This document shows, one piece after another, positions 1 to 11,499 of a DNA stretch of 64,000 nucleotides; the stretch's first letter is position 1; each line of letters opens with the position of its first letter. The notes under the pieces were generated by a model that saw only the letters and a program-made list of their open reading frames with translations, had not been told where the DNA came from and made no database searches. The stretch spans positions 77,066,001-77,130,000 of the forward strand of contig NC_059429.1 of the NCBI RefSeq assembly GCF_021028975.2, given 5' to 3'. Position numbers and translations under genes: made by a program. Source of the DNA: Sphaerodactylus townsendi. Taxonomy: Eukaryota.

Positions 1-207
1 TAATAAAAATGTGTATCATAATTACAATAAATCTGAATGCCACCTAATCAAAATCAGAAAAAAAGACAGAAAGACACACACCGCTTAAGAGATTGTGTGA
101 AAAGGAAAAGAAATTTCCTGAATGCATGCCAATGTAATAAATGGCAGTATGTATATATATTGCATGTGCTAGAAATGTAACATGCAGGCTATTATTTACT
201 GTTGCTT

Positions 208-303
208 CAGTGCAATACTATTCAGAGTTATACCTTTCTAAGCTGACTAAAGTCTGTTGAAGCTAATGGACTTAGAAGGGTATAACAGTTTAGGATTGCA
301 CTG
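208..303. mobile_element. short palindromic MITE
   Basis: Terminal inverted repeat CAGTGCAAT...ATTGCACTG with inner inverted arms (gttatacctttctaag / cttagaagggtataac). Confidence 0.6.
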
Positions 304-1243
304 TAAGTTTCTAAAATCTAGGTATTGTTTGGTCATGATAAATGAACCATACAAAGACATCAAACCATGAGCCCAAAGGAAATGCAACAAATTTTACATT
401 AGTGCAACAAACACAGTAAAGGCTAAAGCAAAATACTACACAAAATACACTATTACACAAACAGGTTAGAACCGCAAAACTACATGGCAAGGTACACTAT
501 ATCCAGAAAAGTCTGTCCTTAAAGTCATAGCATCCTGATTATGCAAAAACAGTGGTACCAGAACCACAAATAGCAAGGCAAGGTATGCTATATGCTGCTT
601 GTGCAGTCTTCAGTGTAATAGCATCCAACTTGAAAGGAGGGAATCGGAGAATACTTCAGCCAGCTGTAATATTTTGCAGGATGCTGAGCCCATTTCGTCA
701 GCTCTTCCCAGTCTTTACAGTTACCTACAAAATTTCTGAAGCTGAGTTTTAAGCAATAACATGCATAATACATATAATGGATCTTTCATCTGTCATTGTT
801 CAGTCTATATCCATAATAATACATCCATAATAATACATAATACATCTTGTTAATATATCTTAGTACTGTGATATTTTAGTTTGTTTGTTTATTTGTTTAT
901 AATTTTGTATCCTGCCCTCCCTGGCCATGGTTGGGGTCAGGGCAGCACACAACATTTTAAAACAATTTACTAATACTTAAAATTAATAACCTACCCATCA
1001 TTAAATCACCTAAATCATCAAACCCCTAAATTCAAGATAGTGAACATGGTAAATACCAGCTTTCACTATGGAAAGGCATGTTCAAACGTAATGTTCACCA
1101 CACGAAATAATCATTTTCAGACAACTTTACTATGTCAAAAACTACAATGAGTGGAACCAGAGCAAACTAATCTTCCATCTTGTCACAGATTCTGGATGAA
1201 GAGGCAACAATGAAAAGGCAAACTTCATACTGGGGATTATTAG

Positions 1244-1889
1244 TCCTGTCGGAGCGACGGCGGTCGCCCTCTCCGAAGCGGAGTTCGTCTCCCTCGCTTA
1301 ACTTCTAGTGGGAGTCCCCGGACTTGCTTCCTACAATGCTAAGACTATTGGCCGGCTGGCCTGTGCCCTTGGCGAAGTCCATCAACTCCACCTCCACCGC
1401 TCTGGATGCCCTGGCCTCCGAGCAGCAGGAACTTCGTCAAGCGACCCTAGACAATCGTGCCGCTATTGATTACTTGTTGTTGTTACATCACCAAGGTTGT
1501 GAGAATGTACATAATATGTGTACTGTTTAATCTTTCTGATAATTCCCAGTTGATTCACATGAAGAGCGCGTGAGCTGCAAGAAGTTGTATCTAATCTGAA
1601 GTATGATGTTTTGCCCCATTGGTGGTCAGCCCTCTGGAGCTGGCTGCCGGGAGGATGGTTGAGTGCTATTGTACAGCTCTGCATTGGTTTAATTGTGTGC
1701 CTTGTTATCGGATCTTGTTTCGTTCAATGCGTGTCTAATATTGCCTGTAACGTGTGTAAGAAGCCTCCCCCCGAATTTCCCTTACCCCGCAACCAAGTTC
1801 TAATGTTACACAAGCAGCTTGGTCAGCTTGACCAAGCGGAGACAAGCGTCCCTTTAAATCGCTTAACATTTCGGTCCCACTTTTTCTAA
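1244..1889 (+). mobile_element. env: endogenous retrovirus env TM-subunit remnant (frameshifted)
   Basis: Stitched frames give C..D.VAL..PGLASYNAKTIGRLACALAKSINSTS..LDNRAAIDYLLLLHHQGCENVHNMC.FNLSDNS..WWSALWSWLPGGWLSAIVQLCIGLIVCLVIGSCF: heptad repeat, immunosuppressive domain, CX6C(C), membrane anchor; stop at 1887-1889. Confidence 0.92.
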
Positions 1890-1907
1890 AATGTAAAAAG
1901 GAGGAGA

Positions 1908-2315
1908 TGTAGTAGTGCACTGCCGACCCAGCAGCGCCCGTGCCGGTCGCATCGCCTCCTCATCCCCATGAGTCACGGGTCATGAACTGTTCGACTCAAT
2001 CACCGGGTACGCCCAGGGACAATGGTCTTGCCCCCAGGTGAGGATTAGGCTCAGACGCGTACGCTCCTCTCCGCACGTAGCCAGATGAGATCATGCATCA
2101 CATGATGATCTCCCGACCTCCCGCCTCCCCGTTCTCCCGGAACTCCCCCCCTCGTCCTCCTGCTCCCGATGGGTAACAATAAAAGGTGCCAGGAACCGGC
2201 AGACGGGAGACTCGCTAGGAACACGGACCTCCGGTCTCCCGCTTCTGGCGATCTCCACCAGATGTTATCTCCGCGTCTCGTCTCGTTCTTACGCTGACCG
2301 CGTGGGTCGACTACA
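1908..2315 (+). mobile_element. ERV 3' LTR (408 bp)
   Basis: Polypurine tract AAAAAGGAGGAGA ends at 1907; LTR begins TGTAG and ends CTACA; AATAAA at 2178-2183; CpG-rich. Confidence 0.88.
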
Positions 2316-2362
2316 ATTAGGAATGGAACTGAAAATAAAATGGCCAATATTATCATGCCTCA

Positions 2363-2503
2363 GGCTCATTCCGCACATGCAGAATAATGCACTTTCAAAC
2401 TGCTTTCAGTGCTCTTTGAAACTGTGCGGAATGGCAAAATCCACTTGGAAACAGTTGTGAAAGTGGTTTGAAAACACATTATTTTGTGTGTGCGGAAGGG
2501 GTC
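2363..2503 (+). mobile_element. 141-bp PIF/Harbinger-type MITE
   Basis: Imperfect TIRs GGCTCATTCCGCAC / GTGCGGAAGGGGTC, 3-bp TSD TCA; second copy inverted at 7145-7286. Confidence 0.75.
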
Positions 2504-2633
2504 TCAGTATAGTTGTACTATGATGAGGCCTGGTCCCCATATCTCCGAAAGGATATGGGAGAGCTGGAGGAAATACAGAAGAGGGCAAGTTGATTGGATC
2601 ACCTTTCCTATGAGAAAAGACTAAAGAGTCTGG

Positions 2634-2914
2634 GGGCCTTTCCCCACTTACCTTAAGCCCCGCGCTACTCAAGGAGAGTAGCGCGGGGTCCCTCGACACT
2701 CCCCACTGAGAGGGGCCGCGACAGCGCAGCCGCCCCGAAGCTGCTGCTGTCGTGCCCCTCAGCGCCAGCATCCCAGGCGCTCTTCTTAACGGCGCCTTTT
2801 GATGGCCCCGCGCAGAGCGCGGGGTCATGGGGACGGCCAGGCGCGCGCCTGGGATGGTGCGCACTGGGAGCAGCGCGCGGCATGGAGGGGAACGACGAGA
2901 GTGGGGAAAGGCCC
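2634..2914. mobile_element. GC-rich Harbinger-type MITE nested in a CR1 fragment
   Basis: TIR GGGCCTTTCCCCACT...AGTGGGGAAAGGCCC, TSD TGG; flanks (~2595-2633, ~2915-3010) read as contiguous CR1 ORF2 sequence. Confidence 0.75.
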
Positions 2915-3230
2915 TGGGACTTCTAAATTTAGAAAAAATGTGAGAATAGGGAACATGGGAGAAGTTTATTAAATTATGCATGGGGTAGAGAAAGTGGATA
3001 GAGACAAATACCACTTATGCTTTCACTACTTAGCCCACAGCTTTTGCTTCATTGTGGATTTTACCACTTCTTTTGTTTACACAGGTATTCTCCCCTGCAA
3101 AATGTCCCTAGCTGAGCTATCCATGTTTCCTTCCCACTACTTCATTGTTCTTTCTGTGCAACCTCCATTTGGGGAGGCTACCTGCCATGCTGCCTTTCCC
3201 CACCCCCTCCCTCTTTGGTCTAGCATTGGT

Positions 3231-3495
3231 AGAGCCAGCATGGCATAGTGGTTAAGAGTGGTGGACTATAATCTGGAAAGCTGGGTTTGATTCCCCACTG
3301 TTCCACATGAGTGGCAGACTCTCATCTGGTAAACCAGGTTTGTTTCCCCACTCCTGCACAAGGCTGCTGGGTTACCTTGGACTAGTTTTCTCTATCCCAC
3401 AAGGTGTCTGTTGTAGAGGGAGGGAAAGTGATTGTAAACCACTTTGAGTCTCCTTAAAGGTAGAGAAAGTGGATGTCAAAACCAACTCATCTTCT
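3231..3495 (+). mobile_element. Squam3-type tRNA-derived SINE
   Basis: A-box TGGCATAGTGG, B-box GGTTTGATTCC, body shared with other copies in the window, TCT-type tail. Confidence 0.8.
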
Positions 3496-3546
3496 ACTTT
3501 GCATGTAAATTTCATATCAATTTCAGGGTCTATTGTGGGAGTGATA

Positions 3547-3718
3547 NNNNNNNNNNNNNNNNNNNNNNNNNNNNNNNNNNNNNNNNNNNNNNNNNNNNNN
3601 NNNNNNNNNNNNNNNNNNNNNNNNNNNNNNNNNNNNNNNNNNNNNNNNNNNNNNNNNNNNNNNNNNNNNNNNNNNNNNNNNNNNNNNNNNNNNNNNNNNN
3701 NNNNNNNNNNNNNNNNNN
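3547..3718. other. assembly gap (172 N)
   Basis: Run of N. Confidence 1.
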
Positions 3719-4124
3719 AAAGAGTGGGAGGAACTGCTGTTGTGTGGGCAGGAAAAGGTAGGGAGGAGTGAGAAAACCAGAAGAAAACCAGAAGAAAACC
3801 AGAAGCCTAATGTATATGGATCTCCTTCACTTTTCCTGAAAAGGGACAGAAAAAGTCTTACTTCGAGAACTTTCAGAAATTGCAGGGATTCTCTGATCTG
3901 AGAGCACAATAAATTCCAAAGAGGGGAAACCATGCATCAATGAGAATCAAATCTGAAGGGAATGTGTGATCAATGCAAATGAGGCCACAAGTGCATAAAT
4001 GGCCAACCTTTTCTCCCTTTCCCCAAATACTAGACCCAACAAAGTTGCAATACATTCAAGAAAGACAAAACAAAATGCTTCTTGCCTCAACAAGTAAATA
4101 AATTGTGGAATTCACTACCAGTGG

Positions 4125-4420
4125 AATTAGTGATGGCCATGAGCATGGATTACATTAAAAGGGGGATTAGATTGTTTTATGAAGGATGGGTCCATCAATG
4201 ACTACTAGCCATGGTGACTAAAAGCAACTTCCATATGCAGCAAACCTCTGAAAGCCAGTGCCAAGAGAGTAACTGGTTGACCACTCTGTGAAACAGGATG
4301 CTGGATCAGAAGAACTGGTGTTCCTGCATTGCATTGCAGGGGATTGGATTTGAGGGCCCTTGGGGTCTCTTCCAACTCTATGATTCTAAGAACTACTTTT
4401 CTGATCCAGCTCTTATCCAG
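4125..4420 (+). mobile_element. CR1 LINE 3' end fragment(s)
   Basis: gtgatggcc...aaaagggggattaga...tccatcaatgactactagcc resembles the CR1 end at 61095-61200; a nested cttccaactctatgattct CR1-type tail lies at ~4320-4387. Confidence 0.6.
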
Positions 4421-5004
4421 CTGAGTTGCTCTTATATTTTCCAATTCCAAAGCCTTTATTGGCATTATAAATTACAGAGTTAGTAACTTATATTTTAAAA
4501 CTGTAATAACTGACTTGAAACAACGGAACTATTGTTTTCCCTAGCCGTGTCTTGGAAACAATGGCACCGACATAGGTAGATAACATAGAAAAGCATAGAA
4601 AAGATCTAATTCAAGTGCTTTGGCTGAGCTCACTTTTTCCTGAGGAAAATATCCTGGAAGCTTTGGAATACAACAGCCAAAGTTAAACATATTTAAGCCT
4701 AAATTATTTAAGTGGGACAATTAAGTATGTGAAAGCAACTAGACTCATTACTTTGGCTAGATCATGCCTGAATTAATTGAACGCAATGCAGCAAAAGCAA
4801 GTCATAATTTAAACATCACCAGAATCAAAAGAATATCTTGGCTTTGTCTCATTCTTTTGCATTTTGTGAGAATTAGTATTGACTGTAATTTGCTGGATTG
4901 AGTGCATTGTTTTGCTAAAACCTGGATGTCAGCTGCAGGCATATCAGGATGATCTAAAGTGAATATCATGCAATCTTTGCAAAATGTTTTTATATTATGA
5001 TAAA

Positions 5005-6023
5005 CTAGCAGGCCCGGCCACGCGTTGCTGTGGTAATTGTCCTTCTGATCACAGTCCGCAACCCACACAGATGTCCATGCAGGTCCAATGATCCACAGCA
5101 TAGCCTTTTGGGGTGATCAAATGGAATCCCTCTTTCCCTTTTCAATGCACATTGTTATATGGTGGTGTCTTGTTTTTTTAGTATAAGGTAACCCTTTCGA
5201 TTCCACAACGGAACAGTCCAGAGTGCGAATCGCGCTGTCCATGAGGCTGGTTGACACGCACAGTCCTGGCTTGGGTAAGGCAGAACTGGGCAAGCAGGCT
5301 ATCCCAGTCAGGCAGCAGAGGCAGGGTGGTGAGGCGCTCAAATCGAGGCCAGCTCCTTGGGTTCTTAAAGGGCCATGTGCAAAAGAAGCGGAGCCGGTAG
5401 TGTTGGTTCGCCCCCATCCCGCAGATTTTCTTAGAGAAAAAGGCAAACTCCAACTCGCTTTTAGTAAAAGAGAGCTGTGGCGAATATGGGTGAGGAAGTG
5501 GGTAAGTGGTGGTTGGATGTGAGGGAGGGCAGAGTGAGGTGTGTGAGGATGAGCTGGATGTGTATGAGAGTATGTGTGTTGTGTGGTAGCAGTGGGTGAG
5601 GCACAGAGAGTGAAAGTTACCAGCGTGTGAAGGGGGGAACGCCACCTAACGTCTCACGTGGCAAAGTGTGTATGTGTTTCACTTCCACTCGTATTACCTA
5701 ACAGTATTACCTAGTTACTGTTTTCACTGCTCATCTCTGCCCATCTGAGCGAACATTCTAAGGGCAAACCAACCCCTTAGGCCACAGACATGCTGCACAA
5801 ACATTCTAAGGGTGACAGTTAAACACAGCCAGCTTCATGGCCTGGTGCGCCAGGAAAAAGACGTGTTACCTGGCTCAGGTATGGACTTTCAGCGATTTGA
5901 AGGTCCGATTACCTGCCCAGAATGGGGAGGGACGTCCTGTGAAAATTTGGGGGCGATCCGTCCAGCAGCTTCTGAGGGAGACCATCAGGGACAAACACAC
6001 GTTTAGATTTTTATATATATAGA
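5005..6023 (-). mobile_element. non-autonomous Helitron (1019 bp)
   Basis: Minus strand starts TCTATATATATAAAAATC and ends CCACAGCAACGCGTGG (hairpin)-CCGGGCCTG-CTAG; inserted between host A and T with no TSD. Confidence 0.85.
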
Positions 6024-6049
6024 TTGGTAACACCAAAGCATCTACTCAC

Positions 6050-6209
6050 ATCTAAGGAGTTCAGAAGTGGTTCATTGGCCACTTGGGCAGCACTGGAAAA
6101 AGTGTGGTATTTTGTACCAATGTCATAAGGGTGCCTCTGAAGAAAACCTTCCAGCAAATTTTTCTCTCTGAGAACGTCTCTCAACTTCTTCCCTCTCTCC
6201 AAAGGAACC
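6050..6209 (-). CDS. CYM: pepsinogen/chymosin exon 2 (activation peptide)
   Basis: 160 nt, CAG acceptor, GTGAGT donor, A1 propeptide signature. Confidence 0.9.
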
Positions 6210-7912
6210 CTGGTATTCGGGAAACAAAATTACTAGATATCTTCCCCACAGATATGTGTCAATTGCAAGACTTGCCTTTCTGTCTCACAAACAACAATGT
6301 ATTTATGGTTTTAACTATTTCTTAACAGCCCTAAACTTCTCTTGAATTAAAGCATTGAGGGAATCTAACTGAATGACTGCCCAAAATCTTTATCAAGAAA
6401 TGCCATTATAAACAATAGTCCTGCATATAGTTCCTCATATATGTAGTCCATTATATTTAATGGTACTCACACAGCAGTAACAGATGGTAGCACTGGTCCC
6501 AAAAGTGGAGTCTTTGGATGATTTGCCTTAATGTCAAAAGGAGAAAGCTATACATTTAGCGTTCTCCTTTTGTTGACTTATGTAAATGGAACTCTTCCCA
6601 GTCCTTTTAAAGATGTTTTTCATCTCTGTAACTTTTAAAAGAGTACTACTAAGACTTTACTAGTTGAATTACAGAGAACAGCATGGCAATTCTACCTTTC
6701 CTCATCATTGCAGCAGTGCAGTATTGTGCTGGGATAAACTTAAAAAGCTGGAACTCATTTTATTTTGCCCCCTCTGGCATTATCCTGTCACTGAGTCACT
6801 GAAGACGAAGAGTCCTATTGCATTACCACAGGCAGCCTGTTTTCATTCTCTGTGCAACTATATAGGTACTGCTAGCGATACATTTTATTGCTCATTAAAT
6901 TTTGGTCTTTTGAATATATGTGTGTGGAGGGGTGTATCCTTTCAAATGTAGTCTTACAAGTGGAAACCTGTGACAAACTCACAGGTGTGGTGATGGAGGA
7001 AAGCTTCCTCCTCCTCTTCCATCGCCCACAATCTCTCTTTGGTGTGGGCTGTGGTGTGTGGGGAAGAAAGGAGAAAGAGGGAGCAGTAATGCCTACCCTT
7101 TCCCCCAGTTGCTGCTGCTACTACAGCTTGCCCACCTTCTCTTCGGCCCCTTCCACACATGCAAAATAATGTGTTTTCAAACCACTTTCACAACGGTTTG
7201 TAAGTGGGTTTTGCTATTCCACACAGCTTCAAAGAGCACTGAAAGCAGTTTGAAAGTGCATTATTCTGCATGTGCGGAATGAGTTCTTCATGAGGAAAGG
7301 AGAAAGGAACAGCCGCATGTCCTCCTCCTGAATACCACTACTTGTCCACTTTCTCTCCCTGTGGAGAGTGATAACTAAAGAGGGAAGGAAAGAAGGATGC
7401 ATCTGCTTCTTCCTTCTGACCACTTCCAACTTGTTTACCCACCTGGCTTCCTTCCTGGCTTGTGGCTGCTCCCACCACCATCTACTTTCTTCTCTTTCAG
7501 ACTAGCCCCACTTGCCAGCCCTCTCTCCTCACCTGCCAGACTTCTTCTCTGTCCTCACCTCATTGCCACCAGCAGCCACCTTCACTCCCACTCACCATGG
7601 TTGAAAATCTTCCTGATAGTCTCCAACTGCTCATTCAACACTTCTCCATTTTTGGAGTTCTTGCAAGCCCTTGTCAATTTTTAAAAGAAAACTGTGATTT
7701 TTCTTGCAAACCTTGGTGTTTCCCTGTGCTTGTAGGAAAATGACCCTGTCTGTACATGGCACTGTTGTGTGGGTTTTTCAATCTGCCTTCCATGATATTT
7801 GAAGCAATCAATTAGCTGTCAGTGAAGCAAATATTAACAACAAATTGATGACTTACTTAGTGATACACTCGGTGACAGCAACAATTGTGAAGAGAACTGC
7901 CAGGCACTTCAT
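6050..7912 (-). CDS. CYM: chymosin / embryonic pepsinogen-type aspartic protease precursor, exons 1-2 only (partial)
   Basis: Exon 1 7912-7857 (MKCLAVLFTIVAVTECITK, signal peptide, 56 nt, GTAAGT donor). Exon 2 6209-6050 (VPLERGKKLRDVLREKNLLEGFLQRHPYDIGTKY...NEPLLNSLD, pepsinogen propeptide, CAG/GTGAGT). Phases are compatible. Same strand as and downstream of PROK1, as human CYMP is. Confidence 0.8.
7145..7286 (-). mobile_element. 141-bp Harbinger-type MITE (inverted copy of 2363-2503)
   Basis: Close reverse-complement match; flanked by TTC. Confidence 0.75.
7857..7912 (-). CDS. CYM: pepsinogen/chymosin exon 1 (signal peptide)
   Basis: ATG at 7912, phase-2 GTAAGT donor at 7856. Confidence 0.85.
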
Positions 7913-7969
7913 CCTGCTTATTCAAGAGACCAATTCAGTTTCTCCGGTGCTTCTTGTGTGCAGTTCTTA

Positions 7970-8001
7970 TTTTATAGCCTGAGAAGGGCTTGCCTTTATC
8001 T
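7970..8001 (-). promoter_or_regulatory. pepsinogen core promoter: TATA box and GATA site
   Basis: TATAAAA (7976-7970) about 60 nt upstream of the ATG; AGATAA (8001-7996). Confidence 0.6.
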
Positions 8002-8283
8002 TTAAAATAAATTACCATATTTTAGCATAGAAAATCCAGCCCAGTTTTGGAACCTGGGAAGCCAGCCAAGTGACCAAACACTTTACTAAGTGTATCCTAC
8101 TCCTTTCCATTGGTATTCTATTGTAAAAGGTTATTTAATTTACCTCCTTCCTCTACACTGACTGAGCTTAACACACACAAGTAATTTACATTGAATGATG
8201 ATCACTAATCCAAAATCTCTAGTGACACTTTGAAGGATTCTATTTTGGGATTATTCATTGAACTGATCATAGTATTTGGAACT

Positions 8284-8520
8284 GAGAGCCAGTGTAGCGT
8301 AGTTGTTAGAATATTAGACTGAAATCTAGAAAATGCAGATTCGAATCCTCACTCCCCAAGCCATAGAAGCATGCTGGTGCCCTTGGACAGGTCACCCAGT
8401 CTCAGCCTAACCTGATCCCACAGGCTTGTGGTAATAAAATGCAGGAGAGTAGAACAATGTAAGCAGCTTTGGGATCCCATCAGAAAGAAAGACAGAGTAT
8501 AGATGAAGTAAAATAAAATA
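8284..8520 (+). mobile_element. older Squam3/MIR-like tRNA SINE
   Basis: GAGAGCCAGTGTAGCGTAG head, GATTCGAATCC B-box, TAAAA tail. Confidence 0.65.
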
Positions 8521-9134
8521 GAATCATAAATGTTTGGTTTGTGAGTTACCTGTGGCCATTTATACACCTTGCTGGCACTTTAGGTTGCCTGTTCCTCTGT
8601 ATCTGTAATTGATGGAGAGGTACACATTGGTCCCAGATGTTAAGAAAGTTGAGGGATAAAGGAGAGGAAGGAAAACTGCTTCACTGTGCATATTTTTTAC
8701 TGTATTTTGCTCAGATGACTTGTCCTAGCATGTAACTCTTAAAACATTTTCCAGTGTGAAACAATAACATTTTGCCTAGCAGATAATACAGTGAAATTAC
8801 CTAGCTGTTATCTATCTGCCATTTAGGAACCAGGTCAAAACATTGCTTTTTACCCAGGCTTTTAAGAGAGAGATTCCATCTTTTTAAAGCTATTTTAATG
8901 GTCCAGTTACAGTTTAAGGATTATTTTGAATACCTAGTCTACTAGGGTTTTATGGCTGGCTTTTATGCTGTTAGTTTTTAGGATTTTATCGTATTGATTT
9001 TACCTTGTGAGCTGTCTTGAGCAGGTCTCAGGAGAAGCAGCATATCATTTTTCTAAATAAATAAGTTTAAAACCTAGGTCCTGACATGAGATGGGACACC
9101 TGAAATAAATTTTCAACGCTGAATGTCATAGGAA

Positions 9135-9303
9135 TGGGCTGTGGCTCAGTGTTAAAGAACATGCTCAGCATATAAACATTGAGTCCCTGGCATCTACAGT
9201 GAAGGATGTCCAGTAACAGAGTTTGGGGGAGAAAAACTGGAGAGCAGCTGCCAATAAGAGTCCTGAGCTAGGTGGATCAATGTTTCCTTATAATGCGGCT
9301 TCT
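9135..9303 (+). mobile_element. degenerate tRNA-derived SINE
   Basis: GGGCTGTGGCTCAGTG head and ccctggcatct...ctggagagcagctgcca body, shared with 19880-20040. Confidence 0.55.
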
Positions 9304-10768
9304 GTCAGGACCAGGTCCCAATCCCCGTACTTCCAGTAAGTTTCAGTTTTGTTTTCCCCAACAACTCCCATTCCCGCCACCGCCCACTGTACACCCTACA
9401 TATACTGGAGCTGAGGGCAAGAACCCCCAGTTTCAGCACCCTGTAGCTAGGGCGATACAATTCAATAAAGTTCGTTCCTTTTATTAAAGTTGACTTTGTT
9501 TGAGTGTGTTCAGCCTTACAGCTTCATATGTTCATATGGACTACTGGAATAACGTGCATGGTCATATTATGTAGTTTAAATAAGATTACATTAGTTATAT
9601 ACTGGATAAAATTTTGTTGCCCAAGGCAAATTACAGTTATGGATGCTCTACACCTCCTGTTTTATCATATGCTGTTACATTCTTTAAAAAGCTCTCCTGA
9701 AGGGTCTTGTCACTGGGACAGGTAGAGCTTTTAAACCTCTCCAAGTCTGCGATCCTAAGCATGCATACATGGGAGTTAACCACACCGAACATAAGAGGAC
9801 CTGCTTCTGATTAGATACTCCTAGAATTATGCTGCAAGTAACTTCGGGAGCCCTGAGATGGGCTGAGAAGTACAAAGTCAGGGGACCACAATTGTGCCAT
9901 TTCCCCCCAGATTATTTTAACTTTCCAGTTTGTTGCTGACCAATATACTATTTGCTTTCTCAATACTTGTTGGTCTTTTTGCATCTTTTAAACCTGTGTC
10001 TATGCTTTATGGCAGCAGGAGCAAAAGGCTGTCAACTATCTGCCCTAAAGTGTGGGGGTTCCCGTTGAGCCAATGAGCTACTTTGTTCTCCCTGCACCCC
10101 TCTTCCAAAAGCCCAGGTAACAGATCTCTGTCTGCTGCACTGTGATAGCTTGGCAGGCATCCCTAGGTTTTGAGCACCCCATGCAGTCATCTGCTTTACC
10201 AGCCCTGTTGCTGGATTAAAGTACACATCCATAAAACAATCCTCCATTTGCAGCTGTAATGATCTTTGTATGGTATTATTTCATCCAAAAAATTTCTTAC
10301 AGACTGATTAAGCACGTTTCCTTAAAAACAATTTCCACTACATGCAATCAGATCTATTCCTATTTATCATATTTGATATTAAAGTGTACATCAGATTGCA
10401 GCCTTCACCATTCATAAACAAATAGTTGGTCAAATAAAAAGACTGAAATAAAAGAAAAAGGGAGAAATGTTGGCTAATGTTCTACATGCCTTTGATGAAT
10501 GACCACCATTGTATGGCCAAAGTAAATGTACAGTTTTTATCTGAAAATCCTCAAGCCTAATCTTTTGAGCACAATAGGTGAGGAAATTTTAGACTCTGTT
10601 CAAATATTTAAAATTGATATAGGTAATGACATTTAATAGCTGATAAATTTCCTAAATTGGAATGACCCTATGCTGCTCTAACCCCTTTAAACACCTATGA
10701 TAACATAATTATTATGAATACATTTTATCCTGCTCTTTCTTCAAAAAATTCATAGCAGGACATATTGT

Positions 10769-10964
10769 CAGAGGCGTAGCAAGAGGGGAAAGCACCTGGT
10801 GCACCGGTGCATCCTCTGCCCCCACCCTGGAATGCTCTGTCACGCCACATCCCACCCCCACCACGTCCCACCCCATCATGCCCCCGCCATGCCCTCGCCA
10901 CACCCCCACAGGGGCATGTGTCCAGTGCATCGTGTGCCCCTGTCCCCTTAGAGCTATGCCTCTG
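10769..10964. mobile_element. hAT-type MITE
   Basis: TIR CAGAGGCGTAGC...GCTATGCCTCTG; 8-bp flanks CATATTGT/CATATAAT (6/8). Confidence 0.7.
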
Positions 10965-11499
10965 CATATAATTGCCATTTTTGTCCATACAACAACCCTG
11001 AAAGGTGGGTAAGGCCAAGAGAGAGAGAGAAATAATGATCACTCAAGGTCATCTTGTGTAAAAGTCCACAAAGACTAGACATTAATTAGAAAGGTTTTAT
11101 CACCATTACTTTTATGGTTTTGCTGCACATTTGTGTGTTTTTCAGGCTCCTGCCATGGTTTTCTTTCTGTACACATTTTAAATATATGTCTTTACATAAC
11201 TGACCAGAGAAAATTAGCTATCCTTAAAATCTGCTGTTTGTAGTACAGACCTAATTGTTACAAGTCATTGCACTGCAAGACGAATGATCATCTGATTCAC
11301 TGCTAAACATCGCATTGCCAAATGCCCTTTGTCTACTGTATTTTAATAGCTGTAGTTCATTCAAAAAGGTTTTAGAAGTTTGTCCTTTTGAAAGTAGACT
11401 ATACTTGCTTTATGTCAAAAGGAAAAGTAAGGATAGAAGAGGAAAGAGTCAGATGAAGGAGAGAGAAGGGCATTGGCTTTAGGAAGGGCAGACTATTCA

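Noticed and set aside
588-724. Minus-strand exon-like ORF (NCKDWEELTKWAQHP...) after a TTTTGTAG acceptor, as a possible pepsinogen exon
   Set aside because: No aspartic-protease motif, and its phase is incompatible with the phase-0 end of exon 2.
3444-3933. ORFs spanning the N run
   Set aside because: Artefacts of translating through an assembly gap.
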